64,000 nucleotides of DNA from Lama guanicoe (taxonomy: Eukaryota): positions 548,132-612,131 of the forward strand of contig MU053911.1 in NCBI GenBank assembly GCA_013239625.1. Reading direction: 5' to 3'. Both the position numbers and the translations under genes were made by a program. Positions within the stretch are counted from its first letter, which is position 1; each line of letters opens with the position of its first letter. The notes under the pieces are model-generated. The model had not been told where the DNA came from. It saw only the letters and a list, made by a program, of their open reading frames with translations, and ran no database searches. Below are positions 13,065 through 25,135 of this stretch, piece after piece.

Positions 13065-14500
13065 ATAGATTTTTAAATTAAGACGCATATATAATAAGGT
13101 GCAAAATTCTCAGGTGTACAGCTTAACAGCTTAGCACAAAGATGCATTGTTACCAAATTCAAACTCATTCTGCTCACCACATGACAAAACAGTAAGTCGG
13201 GAGACGAGGTGTTGGGGCAAGGAAGAACGACTTTATTTGGAAAGCCAGCAGATTGAGAAGATGGCGGAAAACCATCTTCCCCAAGTCAGAATTCAGGCTC
13301 CTTTTATACTAAAAAGGGGAGGGGGTGTGATTGGTTGTCGCAGACTTCTTGGTGTCGGAAACCTTTGTTCTTGCAGCTGCCCACGTGGATCAGGTTATGA
13401 TATTCCTGTAAGTCTCCAGCAAGACAAGTGTTATTTTCTATTCTGCAACTATTTATATGAATGGGAAAGTGTTATCCCCTGAAGACCAGAGCCATGAGAA
13501 TGTTCTCCTCTGTGTACTTCAGGCTCTAGGCAATATTCTTTTACAGAAGATGCAGAACCAGCATGACGGAGCACAGGCAACAGAGCACAGGGTTAGAGTC
13601 CAATATGGAGTCAGTTTTTTCTTTCGTATGACGGAATCAACATTAAACCACCATTCAGGTTAGAAAATAAAACTTGCATCTCACCCCCAGGGGTTCCATT
13701 TGTTTTCTCTCCTATTAACTGTTTCTTTTCTCCGCAGGATAGCTGCCATTCTGACTTTACAGCACTATATTTTTGAATTTTGTGTAAGAGGAATGATATG
13801 ACTTGAATTATCTGTAATTGGCTCCTTTCATCTGCCATTATGTTTGTGAGATTTATGTAGGTTGTTTTGTGTGGTATTAATCATTCATTTCCCTTGCTAA
13901 TGATACTCATTCCTTGAATTGACCAGCATTGATTTCCTTGCTCTGCTAGAGCTGGGCATTTCAGTTGTGTGCCATCTTTGTCTTTTATAACTATTGCTGT
14001 TATAACATTTTGTACATATTTCTTGATGATATATGCCTGTGTTTCTGTTGGCTGTGTCCTAGGAGTAAAACTCTCTGGGCCATGGGGTATATGCATATTC
14101 AAATTTAATGAGTAATGCCAAATAGTTTTTCAAAATGATGGCTACAGTTTTCTCCCCAGCTGACAGCATATGTGAATTCCACCTTAACCAATATGTATTA
14201 CTGTCCTTCTTTTAAACCAAGCTGTTGGGTGTGTGGGCGTTTACATTGTGGCTTTAAATTTGATTTTTCATTTTCTGATGACTAATGAGGTTGCATATGT
14301 ATATATTTTAATGTTTACTTGTTTTATTAGTTACTAAGGGAAGTGTATTAAAGTCCCCAGCTACAACTGTGGATTTGTCTTTTTATTCGTGAGAATTTGA
14401 GGTTTACATATGGTGAGGTTACATTATTAGGGGCATTCGATTGCAGAATTATCTATCTCCCTGATAGTTGGTCCATTTAGCTTTTAAAGTACCCTCCTTA
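13065..14500 (-). mobile_element. Old L1 (L1MC/ME-like) 3' region, interrupted by an LTR
   Basis: T-rich antisense L1 motifs (CAGGTGTACAGCTT, GGGCATTTCAGTTGT, ATGCCAAATAGTTTTTCAAAATG, CTGATGACTAATGAGGTTG). Confidence 0.75.
13148..13633 (-). mobile_element. ERV1-class solo LTR (MER41-like)
   Basis: Begins TGTTACC; minus-strand AATAAA, TATAAAA and CCAAT; ends ATATGGAGTCAG...TATGACG; imperfect TSD GCAT/GAAT. Confidence 0.8.
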
Positions 14501-14559
14501 TCAATACCACTATGTGTTCCTTGAAGTCGCTTTGGATTCTTTTAAAAAATATTTTACAT

Positions 14560-14716
14560 TGTTTGTTTGTCTGTTTGTTTGTTTATTTATTTATCTATAT
14601 TTTTGGAGGGGGTGGTCATGTTTTAAAAATTTACTGATGTTTAGAGGAGGCACTGGGGATGGAACCCAGGACCCTGTGCAGGCTGGCACACGCTCTTCCG
14701 CTGAGCTCCACCTGCC
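14560..14716 (-). mobile_element. Vic-1-like SINE
   Basis: GGAGGCACTGGGGATGGAACCCAGGACCCTGTGCAGGCTGGCACACGCTCTTCCGCTGAGCT preceded by T-rich tail. Confidence 0.85.
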
Positions 14717-15199
14717 GATGCCACTTTGGGTGGCATCTCCAGCTTCCTGTAAGGGCTTGTGCACGGCGTACCTTCTTCAATCAGTTTGCTTCCTCACTTG
14801 GATTTAAATCAGCCCTTTGCTACTGGTCTTCCACTTGACCACACTTTCAGGTTCCCTTGGCTCTCCAGTATTGTCTTCCCTTGGATTGATGTCTGTGTTT
14901 CGTTAATCTGGATTTTCCCTGCACTAGCTTGTTAGTTATGCATTCTTCTATTATTTCATTGGCTTGTTTGGCGCTGCAGTTTGCATTCTTGAATTACTCG
15001 ACTTACTATAAGTCAATACTTTCCATCCTAAACAAGGAAAAAAGCCTTGTGACTCTGCCTGTGCTTGGCCTCTCAGGGTTCTCGTGTTGTTGGTTTTCAA
15101 TTATTTGTATCCTCTCTGTATTTTAAATGATACAGATCTCAGCATTAACAGCTGAATAAAGAAAGGAATCAAGATACTTTGACTAAAAAATCATGAGTG

Positions 15200-15500
15200 G
15201 ATATCCATATTATTTATATAAATATAAATGTATATAAAAAAATATATATATATATACAGAGAGAGAGATTGATTTTATTTTAAGGAGGTGGCTGGGGCAG
15301 CTGTGGGGTCTGGTAGGGCTAGAGTCTGCAAGCAGTCAGGAAAGCGGGCTGAGGCCTAGAAGAGACATGGTGCTGCTGCTGGAGTCTGAAGGCCACCTAG
15401 AGGCAGAATCCCTCATCCTCGGAGGACCTTAATGCTTTTCTTTCAAGGCCTTCGGCCAATGAGGTGAGGCCTCGCCACATTGCCAAGGATGATTTACTGC
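15200..15500. mobile_element. MLT2-like (ERVL) LTR fragment
   Basis: (TA)n(GA)n followed by TTTATTTTAAGGAGGTGGCT...GAGTCTGAAGGCC...AGGCAGAATCCCTC...TGAGGCCTCGCCACATT. Confidence 0.65.
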
Positions 15501-16499
15501 ATGGTGAGTGGCTCAGAAGTCAGATCAGAACTGTAATTAACTAAGGAAATGCGCCCCACGTCTTCCCAAGAAATGTTGTTATTACTGGGTTTTTCACAGG
15601 CACAGCAGCGGGGTGCTTGCTAACACTTACAGCTCTTAAGGACAGAGAAACTGATCCTGAGTTGTGATCTCTGATAGTTTATATACATTTTAATATTTTT
15701 TAGCTAGTATGGAATTATTAAAATGCACACATTTTCACACTGTAGTGAATATCATGGTACTTTCCCCAAATTCCCTTTGATGCCAACAGACTCATCCCCA
15801 CGTGTCCCTGACGGTCCACCACCATGTCCCTCCTGGAGGTGCCCCAGACTGAGGAACCGCCTCACTCAAGCTTGTGACCTCGCCTGAGGGGCAGACCGTG
15901 GCCAGTGCCTAGCCTAACCCCTTACAACAGTTTCGGGCCATGCCTCTCCCTCCAGTTCCCCTGTAGGCGTGCCTGAAGCTCCAACTGAAGGTGCGCTAGA
16001 GGTCAGCTTCTCCTGTGTCCATATCTGCCTTCTCCATGGGCTGACAGCTTTGTTCCTTCAGAGTGCTTCCTCAGGAAGCCCCTGGGGCTCCGATCTTAGC
16101 AGGGGCTGTGCCGCTCAGTGTTCCGAGCAACAGCATCTCTGAGCGGGAAAGAGTGGAGGAAAGAATTGAATGGTTGCATCCCAAGCTTTACCCAGTCACA
16201 CAGGGAGTTCAGAGCAGAGGGAGATGTTCAGAGTCAACAGGGACTTGGGCCTTTGTCCCGGGAGCCACGAGGAGCCATCACTGAGAGCAGGGTCCCGCTG
16301 ACGAGGGCCCATACGTTTGGGTGAGGCGTAGCTTGTCTTCCTTTCCATGAAAGTGGCCATCCAGGGAAGGGGCTCCCTTGTGAACCGCCAGCAGGCCTCA
16401 GTCTCAGCAAGAGAGGGAATGAGTTTCTGAAAGGAGGACCAGGGCGCGCACCACAGCCTCTGCTGTGCAGCTGGACGGCCCACCTCACGTTCTGTTCCC

Positions 16500-17090
16500 T
16501 GATGCCAGGAGTGTTCTCAGGAAGCAGCTGTAAAGAGTGACTTTGGGCCCAGCTGCCCAGCACTGGAGACCCTGCCACTGGAGGGAGGTGGTGCTGAGCT
16601 TCATCACGTAGACCAAGGGGACACAGAAAGAGATGTGCTGGCTGGTGATGCTAACTGTGAGGACAGGGGAATTCGGCAGCTGTTGCTAGGCACCGATGAT
16701 TTGTTGAAAGAGAGAATCTCAGACTTAAGGGCGTTAAGTACTGATTCAGGCAAAGCATGAAAACCGAGGGCTCTTCCTGATGCGCTTGTCCCATAGCAGG
16801 AGGGCCAACGGGGTGGGGAAGCAGGCTCAGAAATTATGTTTTGCAGTGATAAAGCCTCAGAGGAAGTTCTTAGTCCTGCCAGGTCTCATATGCCAGCATA
16901 AGCGTCCAAACAGGGAATCAGTGGAATCCTGAGACTTGAGATGGAAACACCTGAGTCGACACTCATTGCCCTGAACACCCACATTCCCTTATGCCTGCTG
17001 GGCCTGTGAAAGGGGCCCCCTCATGCTTACCAAAAGTCAGTCTCTCTTTCTGCAGATCAAGTGAGGCGGGTGCCTTCCAAGACGACTCCT
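16500..17090 (+). mobile_element. ERVL-class internal (ERV3-16A3/ERVL-E-like leader and gag) remnant
   Basis: TGATGCCAGGAGTGTTCTCAGGAAGCAG leader and AGGGAATCAGTGGAATCCTGAGACTTGAGATGG resemble recalled ERVL gag; frames broken. Confidence 0.5.
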
Positions 17091-17109
17091 GTGCCCACCT
17101 TGAGACCGA

Positions 17110-17600
17110 CCCTGGTTCCCTGAGACACAACCGTGTTGCAATTGGACCAGCTAACAGCCCACAGCGGCCTCTGAGTGTTCATGTGAAAGGAAGAGTCGCA
17201 CGTCTCCCACTTTACATCAAAAGCTAGACATGAGCAATCTCAGTGAGGAAGTCGTGCCAAAGCCAAGGGAAGCTCAGAGCGAGGCCTCTCGCACCGGTCA
17301 GCCGAGCTGCGGATGCGAAGGAAAAGTTCTCAAAGGAAATCGAAAGTGCTCCCCCAGCAAACACACGGATGGTAAGAGAGTGAAGCGGCCTTCCTCAGAC
17401 CCGCCCCGGCACGAAGATCAGGCCTGGCTGAAGGCTCACAAGATGGACAGCATTATCTTCTCAGCAATAAAGTACTTTTAATTAAGGTGTGTGCATTGTT
17501 TACTTGGCCATAATGCTACTGAACAGTTCACAAAATACAGTATATATAAATAGAACTTATAAGCAGTGAGAAGCCAGGGCAGAATGTTTGGCACTTCGCT
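17110..17600 (+). mobile_element. Internally deleted Tigger1 with transposase N-terminal remnant
   Basis: Translates ERKSRTSPTLHQKLDMSNLSEE, matching Tigger1/TIGD1 ERKSRTSLTLNQKLEMIKLSEE; then jumps to the 3' end (GCTGAAGGCTCA...AGCAATAAAGTACTTTTAATTAAGGT). Confidence 0.85.
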
Positions 17601-17899
17601 GTCTCACCAAGGCTTCTCTTGGTGCTTCCAGACCCCCTTTGAAACAGGCAAGTGGAGCAGCCACAGCCTGAGAGGGACACAGCTTTGAAAGGGCTCCTCT
17701 CTCAGGGCCTATGTCACCCTCCAGGGATGCTGAGCAGATCCAGAGGGGCACCAGCTGAGGGCAAGAGGGCCCTTGCACGGGTGATGGAGGAGTGGTTAGA
17801 ATCATGACAGCCGTGCAGTCAGCGTACAACCTTTGTCTCACCAGCTTTCCCAGAAGCGAGACCCACAGGCACCCCGGAGGGGCTCTCCCCGGGGCGGGC

Positions 17900-18284
17900 C
17901 GACAGCTTGCAGGCAAGGGGAGCTGAGCTTGCAGAGCAGGGCTGAGCTGGTAGGGACTCCAGCCAGCGACCGGCAGCTGGTCCCCTGGGGCGCTTGTCCT
18001 CCCTCCCAGGACACCTTCCCCAGGTTGTGCCTCCTTCTGCGTGGGGGGGACGTGGTGATGACTACCTGGTGTGAGGCTCTGAGGCTCCCTTGCTTCAGTG
18101 CGGGGTAATTTTGAAGCCCTATTGGAGTTTCCTGTAGGATCAGCTGAGACCTTAGTTGTAACCAAACCGTGGGTCGGTATCTCCCTCCGCCCAGGATACA
18201 CATCTCTAAGGATTTATCTGCAAAGAGCTCTTCCCAGAAAAAGCTCTACAGTCAACTCTGTTTCCAGGAAACCCAACTGAATAC
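17900..18284 (+). mobile_element. LTR16/LTR33-like ERVL LTR remnant
   Basis: Ends CTCTGTTTCCAGGAAACCCAACTGAATACA, similar to LTR16-family 3' terminus. Confidence 0.45.
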
Positions 18285-19070
18285 ACAGGCAGATAACCAC
18301 GGCACTGGTGACCCCGTTCTGTCCATTTAGCTCTGCTCTCAGACCGCTGGTGCTCAGAAGGCTCAAGCTGGTGAAGCTGGCGGGAGCCTTTGTGTGTAAA
18401 AATGGGAGGCATGAGCCCTTAAGTTTCTGTGTATAAAATACTAAGTGTGCCTCACTGATTCCAATGACTTCATAAACTAATTTTTTTTCCTGACAGAGAA
18501 TATGATCTGGATATGGAACACAATTCCCTAAGAAATGCATCTAACCCAAGTGACTAATCAGAAAGATGCATGTTTTATGACAAAGGAACAAGAGAATCCA
18601 TTTTTATAGCCCCAAAGAATGTCAGAACAGACCCTAGAAGGACAAATAGGATTTCCTAACCTACCACTGAAGAGTCCGTAATGTTATTTTCCTAAAATAA
18701 TGCACTTTGTCATTAAATCGAATTATCTGGAACACCACGTTCCCAGTTTTAGCAGTATTCTGTAAAGACCTAAAAATTCTCCTGTGTGACCGATCGGGGC
18801 TTATGGTAGACATGTCCCCTGGAATATAAATAGTGCTTTTTCCTGCTTTTCAGTTAATTTCTCTTTATTTATTCTGTTAAGGCTACTGTCCACGGGTCTC
18901 TTCCCAATACTGAAAATTTATTCATGGCTTTTACAACGGCATTATTTTTTCCAGGATGCTAAATTTGAAGGCAATTCGTACTGTTTCTCTGAGCCTGCGG
19001 CCCTTGCAGTCCCTCCCACGTTGCCGAGCTCCCCTGTGCTTGTTAGCGCTTGCTGACCTGTAATCCCACC

Positions 19071-19594
19071 AGCACACACACAGGCACCTGGCCACGCCGC
19101 GACACACCCTTCCCTCGCGTGGGAAGCACTGCGTATTTAACACTAGCCGATCCAAGCTAATTGTGTGGGTGAAGTGTTTCAAGAGTGTATAAACCAAGTT
19201 GTTTTGGCAGAGAAATTCCACTGGAAAATGAGAATAAACACATATTGTTTATATGAAAACTATGAAAGCCAACCAATCCATGAACATAAGATACCCACAC
19301 TTAACGGTGTCTTTTTTTTTTTTTTTTGGGGAAGCACACACACAGGCACCTGGCCACGCCGCGACACACCCTTCCCTCGCGTGGGAAGCACTGCGTATTT
19401 AACACTAGCCGATCCAAGCTAATTGTGTGGGTGAAGTGTTTCAAGAGTGTATAAACCAAGTTGTTTTGGCAGAGAAATTCCACTGGAAAATGAGAATAAA
19501 CACATATTGTTTATATGAAAACTATGAAAGCCAACCAATCCATGAACATAAGATACCCACACTTAACGGTGTCTTTTTTTTTTTTTTCTGGGGA
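19071..19594. repeat. Tandem duplication, 2 x 262 bp
   Basis: 19071-19332 equals 19333-19594 except one T/C in the terminal T-run. Confidence 0.97.
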
Positions 19595-20024
19595 GAAGAT
19601 GGGATCCCACCCAAAGTGTCCACAATTCAGTGATGTTTTCCAAGTTTGTTTTAACAGACAATTTTTTAAATGGCAAAGGCTTAAGGACAAGGTATCAGAA
19701 AAAAATCGATGTTTTAAGGTTTTATGTGACTTCATTTTCATGCGATCAAATTTACATTTTCCCCAAAGTTAGAAATTAGTGGTTTTTACTTTGTTTTGTT
19801 TTTTGTTTTGCATTTTAAAGATAAACACTGAATGTAATTGATGGATATTAGAACCTTCAATCTTTCCTAAGAAAAGGGTACTGGTTAGAACAGAATATAA
19901 TGCTGATGGTATTATATTTTTATTACTAATGACCAAGGACTCCAAAATCCAGGACTTAGATATTTCTTTATTTGCTCTTGGATAAGTAATAAAATGTAAC
20001 GAGTTACAGAAGGCAGCAGGCTTA

Positions 20025-20300
20025 CTGGTTATCTACTTACTCCATAACAAATCACCCCAGAACTTGGTGGCACAAAACAGTGTGGATCCCAGCTTCGTAT
20101 GTCGGTTATTAGGGTGTGGGTCACAGGCTGCAGTCAGTATTGGCTTCCATCATCTTAAGGCTCCACTGGACGAGATCCACATCCAAACTGCCTTGTGTGG
20201 CTGTTGGCAGCCTCAGGTCCCCACTAACTGTTGACTGAGATGCCAAGTCCTTGTCGCACAGACTCTCCAAAAGGCAGCTCAAAGCACGGCAACTGGCGTC
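20025..20300 (-). mobile_element. MLT1 (MaLR) LTR fragment
   Basis: CATAACAAATCACCCCAGAACTTGGTGGC...GTGGCTGTTGGCAG. Confidence 0.7.
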
Positions 20301-21820
20301 ACTGGTGAAACTCCTTCAGGACCGCCTCCTCGGAGGCTTCGTCCCACGGCAGCGCGCCGCTGGAAACCCTTCACTGAGTCTCGCAGAGGTCTTACTGCTC
20401 TTATCATACACGAAAGTATCATTTAAAGCACATGCATTTCCCCTCAAGGAGAAACATGACTTTGAACAATAGCCTTAGTCTGAAATTATGCTTTTTGTAG
20501 AAATAAATTGTAACGGGCATTTAAAATGCATTGCTTGCTAAGCTCTCTATTAGTGAGAGTGACATGCAGGGCTTCAGCGGTGCGGTATGTCTCCAGTCAC
20601 GGCCCAGCCAGGCCCCCCTCTTTAGGACGCTCTAAGCTTAAGTCCCAATGGGGTCAGTCATCTAAAAACTGGACCCTCCACGGAAAAGTTGTGTTTGTAC
20701 CATAGACACATGATGCCTTTGAAAAATAAAGAGACAGGTAGGAGTATTTTATTACACCTATGGCATTAACTTACTAGTTTCACAGGGCCAGCTAGATTGT
20801 CTCGATAGTGTAAGGTGAACTTCTAGGACTGTAATCCAAGAGAACAGAACCCTGCTGGCCAGTTCCACCCAGTGACACCCGTGGCGCCCAGCCTGGGCGT
20901 CTGCCTCAGGACCGCCCCAGTATTCTTCCTCCACCCTTTTTGCACTCGTTCTCGATGACGTTTCTTAGTTTATATCCCTCTATCTCTGCCCAACCCTGGT
21001 GACGAATCTCCCTCTCATTAATCTCTCAAGCACTGAAAACCATCCAACCTCTCATACGTAGAGGCCTTGCCACTTTCCCATTTAACGTCCTTTGGTAGTT
21101 CTTTGACACCTCGCGGTCTTTGAATCCCCAGAGCCTCGCACTTGGTGGCACCCTGCTTCTGAACTCACGGAGACACATCACACCCCCAGTCAGCTTACTG
21201 CCCGAAATCAGGAGCACTGTGATTGGTTTGAGAAACGCCGTGGTTCTCTGAATTCGGAAGACTACAGAAATTCCGTTGAGAATAACTACCATTAGCTGTG
21301 GAAATATCTAAGAATGTCTGTTGTATTGGAGATGGTTCCAAACTGCTCTGGAGCCCCAAGACTCCAAGTTTCATAAAGAACAGAAGTCCTGGAAAGTCCT
21401 TGGGATTCTATGCACAAAATCAGCTCCCACAGAATCTAGGATCATCTGACTAGAATGTATTTGTCTGCCTACTTTCTTGGTGTCTGACATAGAAATCATT
21501 TCAGCCTAGGACAGACAGCCAACATGAAGTAGTCATGAATTTCAAATATAATTTAGAGATCTATTTAATTATTTCTTATTTTTTTCTTCCAAAATATTTC
21601 AAAAGGAAGATAATCTACTATGTAAATTGTCATAGTTAATTTTCAGATCTCAAATTTCTTTAATGCTGAATGCTAAAGCTTTGAATACTAAATTAAATTA
21701 TTTTAAGTTTGAAAGCAGAGGCATACCAATCTGGGAACCGTTAATGGTATGTGTCTTAACCACTGATCAAGAAGTCTGCTTCACATGAAGAGACTTATCG
21801 TGTTTAAGAAAAATTCCGAG

Positions 21821-21868
21821 CTGTACACCAGAAACTGACACATTGTAACCAACTATGCTTCAATTAAA
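21821..21868 (+). mobile_element. Extremely 5'-truncated young L1 3' end
   Basis: CTGTACACCAGAAACTGACACATTGTAACCAACTATGCTTCAATT plus A-run; TSD AAAAATTCCGAG/AAAAAATCTGAG. Confidence 0.8.
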
Positions 21869-22839
21869 AAAAAATCTGAGATGCCTTCCTTTTTTATCTC
21901 CCATATTCGACAGAATAAAAACTCACATCCACATTATTCAATTGAGCTTCCTTCCGACTCATCATCACTAAAGTCGGACAGCACGTGGCTGACCTCAGAT
22001 TGCAGCTGCCATGGCCAGCACAGCCTCCCCGCAGAGGCCCCTGCCTCCAGCACGAGCTGGCCGCGGCGCCGGAGCCAGGTGCTCCTCCTCTCACCAAGCA
22101 GCGCGATGCAACACGAGGAGAACACCCGACACTCCTCTAACCTCCCCCCACCGAAGGTCAAGTCAAGCTGCCGACCCCTCACACCTCCCTGAAACCACAC
22201 TGATTTAGCTTCTCTCTCCAGCGTCAAAGGGGCCCCTGACCCTCCCAGCGCCCTGGGTGCACGTCTTCAGGTCAGCCTCCTGCAGGTGCGCTCCAGCACG
22301 GCTGGAAAGACAGGACTGCTTGCCTTGCTCTCGCTTCCGTAAGGCTCGCACCCACCAGAGCTTGGCCCCGTCTCCCCTGCATGAGCGGCTGAGGGCCTGG
22401 AAGGAGCTGCCACGTTCTCTAGGGAGAGAGTGAGTGTGGACCCCTCTCTGCCGACCCCGTCATGACACAGTGCCTCTCCAAGATCCCTGCACGTTATGCC
22501 TTTGAGACTTCCAAGACCTTCCTTAATATTAAAACAGAAGATAATGTGAAATTCCAACAACATTCCAGGTCAGAATCTTGGGACGAGGAGCGCTGCTGGT
22601 CTTGTAAGCTGCTGGGAAACGACACACACGCAGTGGGCCGAGCTGCCCTCAGGCGAAGGGGAAGGGACGCCTTCATCACAGGTTGTGATGGGCTCCTGTT
22701 CTGAGGCCCTATTATGACCAAGTTCTGAAAACATTTGTAATATGTGGTCTCCTGGCAAATGTCCATCAGGGGCCATCCTGCTGGCATGCCGCCTCCTGAC
22801 TGTTCTCTTACCATTTGGGGCTCTTCTTAAAAAATTCCC

Positions 22840-22934
22840 TTTCCTTTTCTTTCCTTTTAATGGAGGTACTGGGGACTGAACCCAGGACCTCGTGCATGCT
22901 AAGCACATGCTCTACCACTGAGCTCTACCCTCCC
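22840..22934 (-). mobile_element. Vic-1-like SINE
   Basis: TGGAGGTACTGGGGACTGAACCCAGGACCTCGTGCATGCTAAGCACATGCTCTACCACTGAGCTCTACCCTCCC. Confidence 0.92.
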
Positions 22935-23994
22935 ACCCTCTGAGCGTATTTTTTAAAACCTGGAGATAAAATAAAAGCTTCCTCTGGGAAATAAGTCGAC
23001 AGAAATACACATTTCTGCACAAGACGTGTCCTCTGAAATATTCTAAGCAGTATTGTCACCAGTGATGAACGCCGATGTATTAGTATTTTCTGTCCTTTGT
23101 CTTCAAAATTATGTGAGGGCAAAGGGCATCTACAGTTGCTTGTCAGATTTTGTTATGCTGTTTTGAGACTCTAAGTAATTATTCTGGAAAGTTTTCAAGT
23201 AAATATTTAAGTTGATTATTCTTATCTCTTTTGTACATTAGTTTTCAAAAGCAGCTGGCTGCCAAGCCAGCAGTTCTGTTGAGTTCATCTTGAGAAACAG
23301 GGCATTCCAGGCGGCATATTATAAACACTAATGAAGTAACTCTGAACAATAAGCCACAAGAGAAACAGTCTGAATCATCCAGTCGCAGAAGACCTTACAG
23401 TAACCGACCTGTTTTTGAAAATTAACCGGTTTGTAGGAAATCGTTGCTTTCATAACAGATCTGAAGTTTTGAAATTACATTGATTTGATGTGTTAAAACT
23501 GTTTTTATTCAAAAATAACACAGCGACTAAGAACTGTCAATCACTTGAAGAAAGGAAAAAAGAGAGATTTTCTTTATTTTAAGGTCCCCATTTTCATTAC
23601 CAGGACTTAGATGAGCCAAGCATTTTAACGACACACAACTTCCTTGAAATCCTGCTTTTTGTGTGACCAAGGTTACACATTAGGTTTCAGAAATGAACCA
23701 CTTCCAGAGCTCCCGTCTCTTAGGCTGATCCCTCCTCCCAGACGCGCGCCCTGAGGCTCTTTGCTCTGGGCTCCTTCCTCACCCGCAGTAGTGCCTTCAG
23801 GTACCATCTAAACGGCCCACGTCTCCAGCCTAGGCATGTGCGGTGGATCCACGTGCGTCCCAAACGCACTGGGTCCCAGACTGAGCTGACCGTCTGCCAC
23901 GAACCTTTGGCTTTTCCTCTGTTCCTCATCGCTCTCTTCTACCAAGACTGATCAAAAAGCCTTTTTCTCCCCACTTCCCTGTTTCTTACTTTCC

Positions 23995-25135
23995 ATCTAA
24001 AAAAAACCCTACTGATACGTAATTCACGTACCACACAATTCACCCATTTAAAGCGTGCAGCTTAATTTTTCTTAGTATATTCACAAAATTGTGCTCCATC
24101 ACCACAATCCATTTTAGACATTCTCATCACTCTAAAAAGGAACGCTGTCCCCATTAGCAGGTAGTCCCGCTTCTCCCCAACCACCAGCACCGGGCAACCA
24201 CTGTTCTATTTGCTGGCTGTATCAGTTTTCCTTCTCTGGACATTTTGTATCAATGGAATAACACAATATGCATTTTTTTGTGACTGATTTCCCTCATGTG
24301 AATGTTCTCAAAGTTTATCCATGGTGTAGCATATATCATCATTTTAATTGCCAAATAATGTTCAATTGTGCGGATATTTATCCATCCATCAGTTGCTGGA
24401 CATTTGGACCATTTCCACTTTTTGGCTATTATGAATAATTCTATAATAAACATTCTCCTACAAGGTTTTGAACATTTGCTTTCATTTCCCTGGGGTGCAC
24501 ACATTGGAGTGAACCTGCAGGGTCATGTAACTCTACTTAACTCTTTGAGGAGCTGCCGGCCTGCTTCCCGAGCAGCTGCATCGTGACCGGCTCGCACCAG
24601 GCGAGGTCGAGCGTCTATTTTCTCTACATTCTCACCCACAGTGGTGAGTACCCGTCGTACCTCTTGACGCCGTCCTGCTGTACGGTGTATCTCACTGTGG
24701 TTCTGACTTGCACTTTTCTGGTGGTTAATGATGCTGAGCATTATTTCACGGGCTTATTTGTATGTCTTCCCTACAGAAGTGTGTATTCAGAAACTCTGGC
24801 CATTTTTAAACTGAGTTATTTGAAATTTCATTGCTAGCTGCAAAACTCCTTTATATATTCTAATTACAAGTTCCTTATGATTTGCAAATATTCTCTCCCA
24901 TTCTGTGAGTTGTCTTTTTACTTTCTTGATGTAGCCTTTGATGCATAACATTTGTACATTTTGATGAATTTTAATTTGTCTATTTTTTCTTTTTTGCCTG
25001 TGCTCTTGTCATATTGAAGGAAACGTTACCTAACCCCAAATCACAAAGATTTACTACATCTTTTCTTCTAGGATTTTTAGTCTCCCCTCTCACCTTGAGG
25101 CCTATGATCTGAGTTAATTTTTGTGAATGGTGTGT
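23995..25135 (-). mobile_element. L1MB-like 3' UTR and ORF2 end
   Basis: CAATTCACCCATTTAAAGCGTGCAG terminus; minus-frame remnant MFIIELFIIAKKWKWSKCPATDGWIN resembles L1 ORF2 C-terminus. Confidence 0.85.

Noticed and set aside
17557..18201. Longest ORF (214 aa)
   Set aside because: Lies in GC-rich LTR/ERV remnant sequence, has low-information P/G/A/S composition and no recognisable domain.
19071..19594. CRISPR-like array
   Set aside because: Two long adjacent copies with no spacers, in mammalian DNA.
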